Origin: Antedon mediterranea
Lineage: Eukaryota; Animalia; Echinodermata
DNA: 64,000 nt
Reading direction: 5' to 3'
NCBI RefSeq assembly: GCF_964355755.1
Contig: NC_092675.1
Span: forward strand, 26,694,912-26,758,911
Shown piece by piece: positions 45,478-58,191 of the stretch; the stretch's first letter is position 1; every line of letters begins with the position of its first letter. The position numbers were made by a program, and so were the translations under genes. The notes beneath the pieces were generated by a model. The model ran no database searches. It was not told the DNA's origin and saw only the letters and a list, made by a program, of their open reading frames with translations.

Positions 45478-47573
45478 ATGCCCAACTGCCCCATGTGTCA
45501 AAAGCCCGTTTATTTTGGTGAGTAAGTTGTTAAAGTTAGTTTTAAATAGGCACCACTGTTGGTTTGGTTGGCATTCTAAAATGTAGGGTTCACCCTCCTC
45601 TTTTGTGATTGTTACAGTTGATTAATTACAATGAACGGTTCCTCACTTCAAGGGTATTGGAATGCACCCATAAAATGGGTCAGTTTATATGTGTTGATTT
45701 GCAGTTCAATGTGGTAGCAGCCTTGCCTAAAAGTGTGGATAAATGTAGCAAGCATATAGCCTAGCCTAGGCCTATTATAATCAAAAACTTTTTGCCAACT
45801 GAGAAATATTTCATCTGAAAACAAAAGTGTGTTCTAATCAACTGTGTCGGTCTACTGGACTTCTTCTGAACCTCATTTATTTATGATTTGCCTTTTATAG
45901 ACCCGATTATTCTACTACTTTGTTTCTGCAGTAATTAATAACTTTATTTGCCATAATTATTTTATAAAGTTAGTATATTATAAACTATATTAAACATTTT
46001 TAAAAATTGTATATTATACAGAAAAGCACTACTTAATTAAAGGTGAGGTTTAATTATTTATAAATGTAATTATTTTATTAAATTTTTTTTAGCTGAGAAA
46101 AAAACATCTCTTGGAAAAGATTGGCACCGAGGTTGTTTACGGTGTGCCAGATGCAATAAAGTGCTCAACTCGGGTCAGCATGCAGAGGTGAGTCCTACAC
46201 TTCTCTCTCAAACATATCATCTTTTTTATGCCTTTTTTTTATTAAAGTCAATAAAATCCAAACTAGTAGCCAGAGGGTGCGGTTTCCTGTATGTAGTACC
46301 ATTTTTAAACTAAAGCTCAGTCTCACCATGGAGGTATTTAATACGTCCTCTATGGTCTCACTCATCAAACTTGATGTGATTAAAACACTAGTTTTTATTT
46401 CATGAAAAGTACATGTATTTTGTTTTCTTTGTCACAAACAATTTAACTTTCTACCATTACCGGTACTATCTGAAAACTGAGCCAATGGTTTCCTATAAAG
46501 TTTTATTGTGGTTATAAACTTTAGTAGCTTTTAAAAGCATTGTGAAATGAAATCAAACAAGACCCTTGAATGGAAGTATGGTTGTACAAAACAACATTTA
46601 ATAGCTCATAAACAAACAAAAGATATATTTTTTCAGAAATATGTACGATATTGGTAAAATGTACACAAACTGAGGCAAATAATTATTATCAGATTTGGTA
46701 TATAATATTAATCTCTGTTATTTGTGTTATGATTATTGCAGATATCTAAGTTATGTATTGTTAAATCTTTTTATTAACTGTAGCATGATGGGAAGCCATA
46801 TTGCAACATGCCTTGTTACTCAGCTTTGTTTGGACCAAAAGGTATATTTTTTTTAGTTGATTCTACATAACCTCTGTTTACACTATCAATCTAGTTTGAT
46901 GAAAAGTGTGATGTGCAACGTGATATACCCAAATATGGTAGTGAAATGACATCAAGTCCATATATATGAGCACATCACATTTTTTTTTCACATAAAGTTT
47001 GATAGTGTAGCCCTAGCCATCAGCGCAAGCTCGGTGGTCTAGAGGTATGGACGCCAGTCTAGTGACCTAGAGGTCGTCGGTTCGATACCCACCCAAGAAT
47101 TACTAAATATTCTTATGTAAAGATGCAAAACATCTGACAAATGATAATTTTAATATGATAAATTGGTAATGCACCTATAAGAAAATTAGATGATTTTATT
47201 ATTAATTTTTTATTAAATACTACCAAACTCGGCTGTACCACTAGGCTAGTTGAAATACAGACCTATTTTACTTTAATTGGAAGGACATTGTTTTTAAATT
47301 TATTAAACGTTATATTTACCACACCATTTTCAGATTCTATTACAGATATTAAATAATATATACATACTGCCCTCTATGTTGTTTTGGGGTTCAATCAATA
47401 TGCCTACTAGACTGTAGCTTGCTCTGTCTACACTATGAATCTACTCAGCTGTATTTATTTATTACACATGGCATTTATATTGATGTCAAACAATAATTTA
47501 ATATTATTCTTAATTTGTTTAAGGTTTCGGTCATGGAGGAACAGAAAGCCATGGATATGAATTGGTCAAATAA
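45478..47573 (+). CDS. CRIP1: Cysteine-rich intestinal protein (single LIM domain), copy A, 80 aa; exons 45478-45517, 46093-46187, 46784-46841, 47524-47573
   Basis: Splices to [80 protein letters not shown]: a LIM zinc finger plus the Gly-rich tail typical of CRIP. Missed by the ORF track because the exons are small. Confidence 0.94.
46870..47010. mobile_element. MITE family A copy in CRIP-A intron 3
   Basis: ctctgtttacactatcaa...tttgatagtgtag; the right end abuts a SINE head. Confidence 0.75.
47028..47097 (+). mobile_element. tRNA-derived SINE head or tRNA pseudogene
   Basis: Pol III A box TGGTCTAGAGG (47035) and B box GGTTCGATACC (47079); no proper acceptor stem. Confidence 0.65.
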
Positions 47574-47911
47574 ACAAATGGCAGTTGAATTCCATCTCAT
47601 TTTAATCTATCATAATCAGAATTTGATTTAACTTTTCCACGTCCAATGTGATAAGTAGGACAGTGGTGGACTACTGGCTGTAGATTATATGCTCATTTGA
47701 CCTTTTTGGAAGCATGACCTATGATCTATGACTAAAAAAACGTGTTACAAATTTTGTTGTGGTTAGTAGTATTCAGCTTATTGTGCTAACAGAATGGAAT
47801 ATTTGTCGACTAACCAAATTGTTATATTAGTAATCCCTGCTGTATAGAAAATAATTAGAATCATTCCAATTTGCTTTCATCTATTTTGATGTACTACTAA
47901 TAATTGTGTTA

Positions 47912-48049
47912 AGCTCTGTCTACACTATCAAACTTTATGTGACAAAAAATGTGATGTGCCCATATATGGACATGATGATGTCATATCACTACCATATTTG
48001 AGCACATCACATTTTTTTGTCAAACTAGTTTGATAGTGTAGACAGAGCT
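47912..48049. mobile_element. MITE family A, best-preserved copy
   Basis: Perfect TIR agctctgtctacactatcaaact / agtttgatagtgtagacagagct with TTA target duplication. A 3-bp TWA TSD is typical of PIF/Harbinger. Confidence 0.9.
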
Positions 48050-49487
48050 TTAGCTTGATGAATGCTGTTATTTTACCTTGGTACAGTAGATCCAGCATTT
48101 TGTAATACGGGGAGGGGGGTGGGGGGTTGCCAGGGCCTAAAATTTGTCTAAAATGAAGAGCTAGCCGGGTGCAGCCCCAGCCCCTATCCTCTCCATTTTG
48201 TTTACCTAACCTGTGTTGTACGCTTAGGTTTTATCAGAATTATTAGAAATTGATAAAGCTGTTCTAGTTGGTTCAGAAATGTCGTTCTTAGTCAAGTAGG
48301 CCTAGGCTTGATGTAACAGGGTGATTGTATTTTAAGAAAGTTTTTAAATGCTGCCATAGCCATGTTGGCCTAGCCTGATACTGTAGCTGTTTAATTTATC
48401 CATGTTCACCAAAGTTTTCATAAATGATTGCTTTAGTAGACATCACTATCTTTAATAATAAACCTTGATTATTAAATTGCCTTGACTTTAATGAAAAACC
48501 ACAATTTTTTTACATGAAATAATGTTATATATTGTTCGTGTTTTCTTGATAAAACCTGACTGTAATATTGTATGACTTTTCAAAAATTTGTTACATACTT
48601 TAATTGTATTATTTTGTTATGGTGCTATATTTTTAAACAAGCCTAACATGTTGCCATTGAAATATTTTGAACAATCAGACAACTTTAGCACAATTAGTAC
48701 AGTAGTACCTAGTAGTAGTCTGTCGATAGTTGTCCTAGAACTTATAACAGGTTTTAGTGGAAACAAAATAAGTGTACTGTACTGTTAGTTTTTACAATTT
48801 CATTCCAAAAACTATATACAGTATATATTTTTAATCATATAGGAATACATTTTATTTTATTGTATCTATGTGATGAGTGACTCTATAACATTTTTTTTTA
48901 AACATTATTACATTGTTGACTGTATTATATTTATTTAATGTAATTTAAGTATTGTTTTAACTATTACATTATTAAATGTATTTTAAGTATTCAATACATT
49001 TTTTAATGTATTTTATAAATCCTAGGGTAAGGCCTAGTTTTTATTGTGTAAATACAGTATTATTAGGGTAACAACACGTTTTGATAATAATTTCAATTGA
49101 AATGTCAATTCCCTTTTTTTAAACATTTCTTTTGTTAAAAAACAATTTATGATACTAATGGTACAATCTTACCATACCGCTTAAGATATTCATAATTATA
49201 TTTTGTATTGTGTGTGATATATATTCCACGTTTTATAACTTTTATACCAATTGTTGAAGTTTATTGTTTTATAGCTTTTGTTAATTTTAGTTGTGTTTTT
49301 CTCCATGGTTTTATTAAATATGAATTAACGACACGTTCTCATGTCTCTTACATAACATAAGTTTCTTTCTTAAAAAACTTCATTATAAGCTAAGCTTGAC
49401 TTGTTTGGTCAACTCACCGCGTTGCGTTTTTTGAGTCCTAACAAAATCTTTAAAACTTCACAAGATATTATGAAAGGCCATCAGTTA

Positions 49488-49657
49488 AACGTGGTTTCCA
49501 CTAGCGACGCAACTCTACGACGTAATGTGCTGTATTGCGTAATCACAAGTGGGAATCAACGACGCAAACATCGCAGGTTTGATTTCAAGCAGGCGGGAGA
49601 AAACGCAATTATCGGAAGGGAATTTTATTGCGTTGCGTCGCTAGTGGGAACCAAGCT
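49488..49657. mobile_element. MITE family B2
   Basis: Same TIR, TTA TSD, core gtattgcgtaatcacaagtggga. Confidence 0.82.
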
Positions 49658-51199
49658 TTACACGATTCCTACAATATTTTAATAAATTTGGAATGCGCTT
49701 TTTTTTTACCAAGAACATCGTCACATTGTAGATAGGCCTAAATTGAAATTTGTTTGTGCCCAATATCATCCATGGTTTCTATTCGGATGTACAAAAGTCG
49801 TAATAATGTTAAGCGTGGTTCCCACTAGAACGCATATACGAAAACTGCATTGATAATCAGGCGAAGTGATATGACTCGATGTTAGGCCTAAACTAAATCT
49901 CTCCGATGGTCATTCTATCAAGCTTTTTATTATATTATTTTATAGCTTTTTCCGATATTGAAAATAGGCCTAATTGTGTTTATTTTATGAATAATCTATA
50001 AGTGTATTCTGTTTTTTCGTATTTAATTAACATTTTCGTTTGGTTTTATTTTTTAACTTAATGTTCTTTTTGTTTAATATCCAATAATAATAATAATTGT
50101 AAAGCAGGCCTAATACAGTTTCGCGAAAACATTCATCTTATCAAAATATAATATATTTCACGTTTTAAAATGTGTATAGAAATTGATATTGAATTAAAAA
50201 AGTTTAATCTTTTCTAGGTATGTTTTGTTACTGTAAATTGCCTTTATTAAATGAATAATACTGATACTAACGATGTATTGTGTTTTTTTTAAATATATAA
50301 TTTGTTTTGAATTCTATTTTTATAAAATCAATTTTATGAGCATGATTGGTTAAAGCGCAAGGCAATTTCAAGGTTTTAGTAGTATCCTTAATCCACAAAA
50401 ATTATTGTACATTCTAAAGAAGCAGTAATTAGTATGGATCATCAATGCCACTGATGGCCCTAACACAACAAACTCCGAGAATGCATCCTTCGCCTACTGT
50501 AAAATTCTCCTACATAAGATTTCACCGGAAAAAAATATATTTATATATTTTTTTTGTGTCCTAATGCTGTGTGTGTAATTAGGCTAATCTCACTACAACG
50601 ATGTTTTTATATATGTGAATTTGCCTTTCAACTGAGTATGTGAATTTGCCTTTCCTGGTTATTTTTTACATTGATGACCGAATAAATATTATTATTATTA
50701 TTATTAACTAACAATAATAGAACAGCAACGCCAAAAACAAACGGGTGAATTTTAAAAGAAATAGGTTTTACTACTCGTATAAAAAAAACCTGTACATTAA
50801 ATCAAATTGTCTTTTAACATTACAAATCACAAATTATAACTCTTGCCTCTTGTACACAAAGCTTTTTGTACAAGTAGTTCTCGAGAAAATGTAGTTCAGT
50901 TTACTTGTTACTTTAAGACTGATCGCCGGCTTTTGAAAATTCTCTCCTATCTTTTAACACTACAGGTCTAAAATAATATTAAAAAGTGGTCCAGAATTGG
51001 GGCCGTGGTCCGTATGGCCTAAAAAATGTAATGGAGTTTTCACATATCTATCTGTATATTTAATTTTGGTAAAGATCTTGAGTGAGTAACTGAACAGACA
51101 CACGCAATCGATTAAATACCTTGGCGGAAATAAAGAAATGGACGTGTCACTATGGCTGAAATGACGCGATCGCGGCGGCTATCTATTGTACTTTGAATT

Positions 51200-51310
51200 T
51201 AAAACCCCATGAGGTACTTGATTGTTACATTTGGGTTTCTATACCAGTACTGAAACTACCAAGTATCAACTTCACATACGCTAACGTAAGAACTCAACAT
51301 GCCTCAATAA
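51200..51310 (+). pseudogene. Relic duplicate of the CRIP copy B promoter, 5' UTR and start codon (ATG CCT CAA TAA)
   Basis: tttaaaacc...ttgattgttacatttgggt...ccagtac...aagaactcaacatgcct aligns with 52108-52206, then stops after MPQ. Confidence 0.75.
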
Positions 51311-52200
51311 ACAAAATAAATCATGCGGGGTGTGGGGGGATGGGTGGACATTTTTGTAAGATGTTTCTTTTCAACATAGAAAAGCAAGTCCAAAACAGCC
51401 TTTACGATAGTTAACTGTAGTTGTGATTTAGTCAATGATAATTAATATATAGCCGGCTTATACAACTCACGGATTTAGAAAAGATAGTGTCAGTCGACTC
51501 ATCTTTGGTGTGATAGATTACACTTCTGGTGGCGCCCACTCTGGCGTAGCCTTCTTCCTGTCGTCTTTTTAGAGCACAGTGCAATTCGGTACAAATCACG
51601 CATTAGAACTGCGACAGGATCAACGACCATGTAACTTTATTTCTTCTCTGTGCATGCTACGCGGCCAATTGTATTTTTTATTAATAAATTCATCTTCAAC
51701 GGCCGGGCATGATGGAATTTGTAAATCATGAAAGTTGGTGCTGTTGTCTGTTACGATACTGTAATATAACAATACAATCATTTACTATATAATTATGTTC
51801 CAAACCGTCAACATCGTTTGTTGGCACTAATATTTTAACACTAAAGATTATCGGCCCACCAATCATCTATAGTTGTTCCGTTTACACTGGATATTTGGTT
51901 CAATCATGGAGAAATAAGATTTCTCCATGGTTCAATGCATTCAGTACGGTAATCGAGTGGCTGTTGCACCCCCGTTTATTTTATATGCAAGTAGTGGTAC
52001 CCCCGGCTACGATAACAAATAAAGGAAATGGGCGTGTTATGTGTCGTATGACGCTCCGGCTAACTCATTATTTAAAACCTGACAAGATAGTAGTTGATTG
52101 TTACATTATTTAAAACCTGACAAGATAGTTGATTGTTACATTTGGGTGTCTGTGCCAGTACCGAACACTATCAGCTTTACACTAAATTCAAGAACTCAAC

Positions 52201-55200
52201 ATGCCTAAGTGTCCATCGTGCAACAAAGAGGTATACTTCGGTAAGTTCTTCGTTAAAACGTATGCTACACTTGTACGTAGTCTACGTCGTAGATAAACAG
52301 GTAGCAGTGCTGCTTACACGGTAGGTATGGTAGTGAGTAGGCATCACAGATGTAGAAACTTTATTCAAGTTGCTGGTCCTGAATGTCTGTACGTAGGAAA
52401 ATCATCATTATAATGACCTTCTGGATGTTTGTTTCGGTTATTTCCCCGTAATCTTCTAGATAATAAGATAATCAATTAGTAGAAGCATGGAGTAAAGAAT
52501 ATTATTCTTTACTCCATGCATGGTAGAAGTTATAGATTAATAATTCATATATATTATATTCAATTCAGATTTTGTAAATATTAAATTGTGTTAAAAAGTT
52601 AGTCATTGTATTGGGTTTTTTAAGGCGTGGATGAACTTCAAAACAGCTCGGTTTGCAGTCCCGGTTTTTTGTTTTCTTTTACGAGTGACGCAGTATGTAC
52701 GTCACTGAAACTAAGCAACGATATACATTATTATCGCTTCCGCATTTTTGCCTACGATACAATGCTTTTGATTTAAACAAATTAATTGTTTTCCATTCAT
52801 CTATGGTAGAAAGCAACGCTATAGCAACTGAACCATATCGTAACATATTATTCTTTTAGTTTCCCAGATATCGAGAATTTTGGTAAACATTTAACAATCG
52901 CCTATTGCAGTGGCTACTGTAACTTGATTTTATCAATTTAAATTCATTTAACTTGAGTGAGATGCTGTACTTGATTTGTTGTTAATATTCACTTTTATTT
53001 TCAATTGCATTTATGTATTACCTCCTTTCGAAAACATAACGTAAACATATAATATGTTAATTTAATCCACAGAATAAGTCTAATGTATAATGGCAATGTA
53101 ACAGTTCCATAATATTTTGATAATCCTAAAATAAAACTTATCATCACCATTAATGCACATTATTTTAAAAAAAACTTTGTTTTTTGCAATAACAGGAAAA
53201 CTCCATTTAAATAGTAGGATGCCTGGTTGCAGAAGGTTATTTAATCACAAGAGCCGGAATATACCATACGAAATAATAATAATATTTACGCGCGATTTAA
53301 CAAGAATCATTACACATAAATTATTGATTGATATGTGATCTATTATTCGGTGCCTATTGGAATACTTTGATGTATGCATATTTATATCTTATCAACTGAC
53401 GTGTTGTTAAATTATTTTTATTGCGAGTATTATTATTATTATTATAAATTGCTTTTCAATGAAGAATGAATATCAAACACCATCATACAACAGGTGTTCT
53501 TAATTTCACACACAATACATAATGTAATTTTCTTTATGCATTTATCCTTAAAAAATCAAATCTACAATTTGGCATCTTTGGCGGTGTTGGTCTACAATTT
53601 TATATACAGGCCTAGCTTGAAAAGATTATAATGTTTAATTTGATCATCGTGCAGAATCTAAATAAATCGATTTTTTATTCTATGTTTGAAAAATGTTTGA
53701 AAAATCACGCAGAGATCTTCTAATATGAATTCACTCACACATCGGCTTAAAAATTACGTAATACGAAGGGTAAAGGATAAGAAGTCCTAATCCTGATTTG
53801 AATTGCAATTGATTAACGAACACCGTTGTCGAATTTCTATCGAGTGAAAGAATCCACATACAATTAAGCCTATGTGTTAACAATGTGATAGTTCCTAACG
53901 CATCGGGGTATACCTATGACAGAGGTAAAACAAACAATACATTTGATTCAAAGTCAGGAGAGATCAACTTATCTTCTTATCTCAACGACCTTATTAAGTA
54001 CTATAAAGTCTATATACCTATACTCTTTTATCATAAAGATTATGTACATATTTAGTCGAGACTGTAAATGTTTGCTCGTAGTTTCAGGGTGCGCAACGTT
54101 TATATCCCTTTTCACATTGCTAGCAAACCTCCGAAGTTTACACACCGGCGTTTTGTTATGGTGTGCGCCCCCCCCCCCCCCCCGGTGATGGTAAACTCTG
54201 TAATCTTGCTACGCCTGCTAAAGAAACACCCACATCATACATTTCGTGGGCGATGTTTCCTGACATGTTACAGCAGTAAATTTTGTTGAATAAATATAAA
54301 TCCAATAGCTTACACGTTTCTAAAATGAGCCATAGACTTGTACTGAATTAATGTCATTATGTCACTTCCCCAGCAATGTTTTGTACATTTGAAAGATGTA
54401 TTCAAGTTTGTACTTGTTTAAACTTTCAGCTGAGAAAGTAAGCTCGCTTGGTAAAGACTGGCACAGACCTTGTTTGAAATGCGAAAAATGTCGGAAAACA
54501 CTTTCATCTGGCGGACATGCTGAGGTAATACTATTATTATGTTTATGTACCGGTATTTAATAATATCATTGTTCATGTTACGTACGTCTTGTTGAAAACG
54601 TTTCCTTCTTAAGCGTGGTTCCTTTCCCACTAGAAACGTAACGTATTGCGTAATCACAAGTGGGAACCGACGACGCAGTGCTGCAAACATCGCAGGGGAT
54701 AACACAATTATTGGAAGGGCATTTTCTTACGTTGCTGCGTTACGTTGCGTAGGTTACGTTACGTTGCGTCACTAATGGGAACCACGCTTTAATAATAGAC
54801 GCATAATAGTGTTTGCACATCTCTTATATATTCTATGTATATTTTTTTTAGCACGACGGAAAGCCATACTGTAATAAACCGTGTTATGCGGCACTGTTTG
54901 GACCAGGAGGTTAGTACACTGTGGCATAATGCTAATGCTATTTTTTTAGAATTATCGTCATTACTACTGTATCATCATTGTGAAAAATACCGTTTCTTTG
55001 CCATCATATTATAGCTGTTCTTGAAGAATATTATACAGATAACTCAAGATTTTAATAAGCGTTTTTTGTCGTAACAAATTGATTTTAATAAGCGTTTTTT
55101 TGCCGTAATAAATTTATCGATTTTCCATCAATATAGGCAATGATCTATTAATGGTAGTTTTAATTTTTGTTTTAATATTAGTAAAAAGATAACTATTTTG

Positions 55201-55504
55201 GCACATATCGCGTTTCATACGTATACTTCTTGAGTTGTATTTTCAGACAAAAATCGAAATAAAAACAAATAAATAATAAAAGAGACAATGAATACAGACC
55301 TGGGGCAAGTCTATATTAATGGTAAAGCTATTTGAAAAACAAATTCAGGACGATAACTTTAAAATTGTGGACCTATTGTACAAACATATTTACATCCATG
55401 TATTTGGCAAATGCTTTGCAAACGTTTTATAACCTCCTATCATTTATTTACGATTATATCTTTTAGGTTTTGGTCATGGTGGAACTGAAAGCCACAAATA
55501 TTAG
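52201..55504 (+). CDS. CRIP1: Cysteine-rich intestinal protein (single LIM domain), copy B, 76 aa; exons 52201-52240, 54430-54524, 54852-54909, 55467-55504
   Basis: Splices to [76 protein letters not shown], very close to human CRIP1. Same 40/95/58-nt exon sizes as copy A. Confidence 0.95.
54612..54788. mobile_element. MITE family B2 in CRIP-B intron 2
   Basis: TTA-agcgtggttcc...gggaaccacgct-TTA. Confidence 0.82.
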
Positions 55505-55835
55505 AATGGTCTAATATATTTGTAGAGAAATTGAGAGCGTTTAAAAACCTAGTGCGTAGGGACGTGGAACCGATTCTTACCGCCAAGAAGAGTACGCTTA
55601 TTGTAATTTCTTAAATATTAATGTGCCTTACATTGTAATTTGATTATGTAGTAGATACTTAGAATAGTAGTGGTATTTATCAAAATTAAAAAAGAAAAGA
55701 AAATCGTTGATTGTATTATTGTACTCATGTATAGTTGTCCATTTACTGATATAAAAGTTTAATACAAACTTATTCTCATCATAAATTAACTTGTACGCGC
55801 GCCCCATTTCCGGTCTCTTTTCGATCTTGCGTTAA

Positions 55836-56038
55836 AGCTTGGTTCCCACTAGAGCGACGCAACGTAACGCAATCTATGCAACGAAAGAAAATGCCCTTGT
55901 GATAATTGTATTTGCGCCCGGCTGCGTAAAATCACACATGTTTTCAGCACTGATGCGTCGTCGGTTCGCACTTGTGATTACACAATACAGCACTTTGCTC
56001 GATACGTCGCTGCGTTGCGTCCTAGTGGGAACCACGCT
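55836..56038. mobile_element. MITE family B2
   Basis: TAA-agcttggttcccactag...ctagtgggaaccacgct-TAA. Confidence 0.87.
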
Positions 56039-56688
56039 TAAGGGTCCTTCGGTACGGTTCATGAATGTTTTGGTTCACTACAGTCCACGTCGCTATGCGC
56101 CAATAGATATGCACGTATAGCCACGTGAAAACGAAACATTGACGTTTGATTTGCCAGCGCCGTGCCGGAGCAGGTGTGAAAGACCCTTTATTCTTGCATT
56201 ATTATAATATTTCGAGGGCCAGAAATTACAGGGCGGGAGATAACCCAGACCCCCGCGTTTACAGAAGTGTTTCTGTCAGTATAATTTTCAAAGGAACTCA
56301 AAATATGTGACGATAGAGAGGGCGCACTCCACACTTATCTAAAATAGCTTCACACATGCAGCAGCAGGAGAAGATGCAAGCCCGTTTTATGTCGCTTGGT
56401 AAATTTATCTTGTCATTTTTACAGTTACTTTCACCCTGAGCTCAGTTTCGGAGAACTCCGGACTGCGTTAAGGTTTCACTGCTGTTCACACACGTACATT
56501 CCGTAGGGAGTCCGAAATGATTTAGTGCAGATCATTATCACATCTATTTTCACGATTTTAATTCGGTCTCAGTGTGCAAGTAGCCATTTATATAGTGCTC
56601 ATTTGATCTATCGCAACAGCACGGTTACTTCGTATTGTTTGTGAACTGCAGTCCATTCACGCACAGGGTAAAGCGCGCCTGGTCCTAA

Positions 56689-57285
56689 TGCTTGGTTCCC
56701 ACTAGCGACGCAACGTAAGAAAATGCCCTTCCCATAATTGTGTTTACCCACTCCTGCGTGAAATCAAACCTGCTATGTTTGCAGCATTGTTGCGTCGTCG
56801 GTTCCCACTTGTGATTATGCAATACAGCACTTTGCGTCGATACGTCGTTGCGTCCTAGTTAAAGTTGTCTTGTAGTGGGAACTACGCTTAAAGCTTGGTT
56901 CCCACTAGGACGTAAACTCAGCGCAAGCATGTTGACCAATGACAAGCGACAGTTCGAATAATCCATCGCTTGTGATTAGTCAACTCACTTACGTTGCGTT
57001 AGTCCTTGTGTTGCGTCTCTAGTTCCCACTAGCGACGCGACACACGGACGTAACGCAACGCAAGTGGCTTATTCGCTTGTGATTGCTAACTGTCTATAAC
57101 TTCGCATTGGTTAAAACGCTTGCGTTGCGTTTACGTCCTTGCGTTACGTTCTAGTGGGAACCAAGCTTGAAGAAGACGTAAGTGCAACGCAAGAAGTGAG
57201 TTGAACAATGATAAGCGACAGTTCGCTTAATCTATTGCTTGTGATTGGTAAAATTACGCCTTTTCGTCCTAGTGGGAACCAAGCT
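56689..57285. mobile_element. Cluster of abutting or nested family B MITEs (one B2 plus about three B1 pieces)
   Basis: Repeated GTTCCCACTAG / CTAGTGGGAACC termini at ~56693, 56875, 56896, 57022, 57151 and 57269. Confidence 0.8.
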
Positions 57286-58191
57286 TAACATCATTATCTA
57301 AACATCTTTAGTGACAATAACATGACGTATACACACATAAAATTCCGAATAAATATACATTTTATACCATTTTATTAACTATAATTCTAAGAGTATTAAG
57401 TAAAGTAGGCCTACCCTGATAAAGTATGCCTCCTTATTTATAGATTCTCCCAGTGTCTTTAACATAAGGCGATCTTCTTTTTATTATCGTTCAATATGTA
57501 ATTAAAGTAACAGACATACTGCTTACCGTTATATATAATTAATGTACATTTTACTAAATCGTTGGAAATGGCCGTGATTTTAACGTATTAATAAATCGTT
57601 ATTGATATTATTAGTTATAAAATAATTATTATTTTGTGCAACTAAATAGATACTAAAACTAAATATTATTAATATATAATAATTCAATGCGATATATTAC
57701 AAAAATGCCGATAATAATCAAATACTTAATGTGTAGTTAATTGAATAAATTAATCAACCTTATGCATTCAATCAAAATGATCCACAATTTGAATGACAAT
57801 AAATAAATGATACTGTTTGTAGACTTATATAATGTCAACGGAACAAATCCGTAGATTGTATTACGTATAGGCCTATAGTTGTCTATTTGAAAACTGGCAT
57901 GCTAGTGTTTACTATTAACACACGTGACTTGAAAGCGCGCTAACATTGCATCATAACAAACTGTTTCTGTCTGTATAGAAACTTAAATGTGTGACGATAG
58001 AGAGGGCGCACTCCAAACTTCGGAGAACTCTCTAAACTGCCATAAGTTTTTCGGGCGCTGTGGTTCACATACACGTACATTCTGTAAAGAGTCGGTCTAG
58101 TAGGCCTAGTTGTTTATTTCTATTTCAAACTAGCATACTAGTGTTTACTATTAACAAACTTGAAAGCTCGTTATTGCATCGAATAAAAATG

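Noticed and set aside
47028-47097. Functional tRNA gene
   Set aside because: A and B boxes are present, but the acceptor and anticodon stems do not pair; treated as a SINE head or pseudogene.
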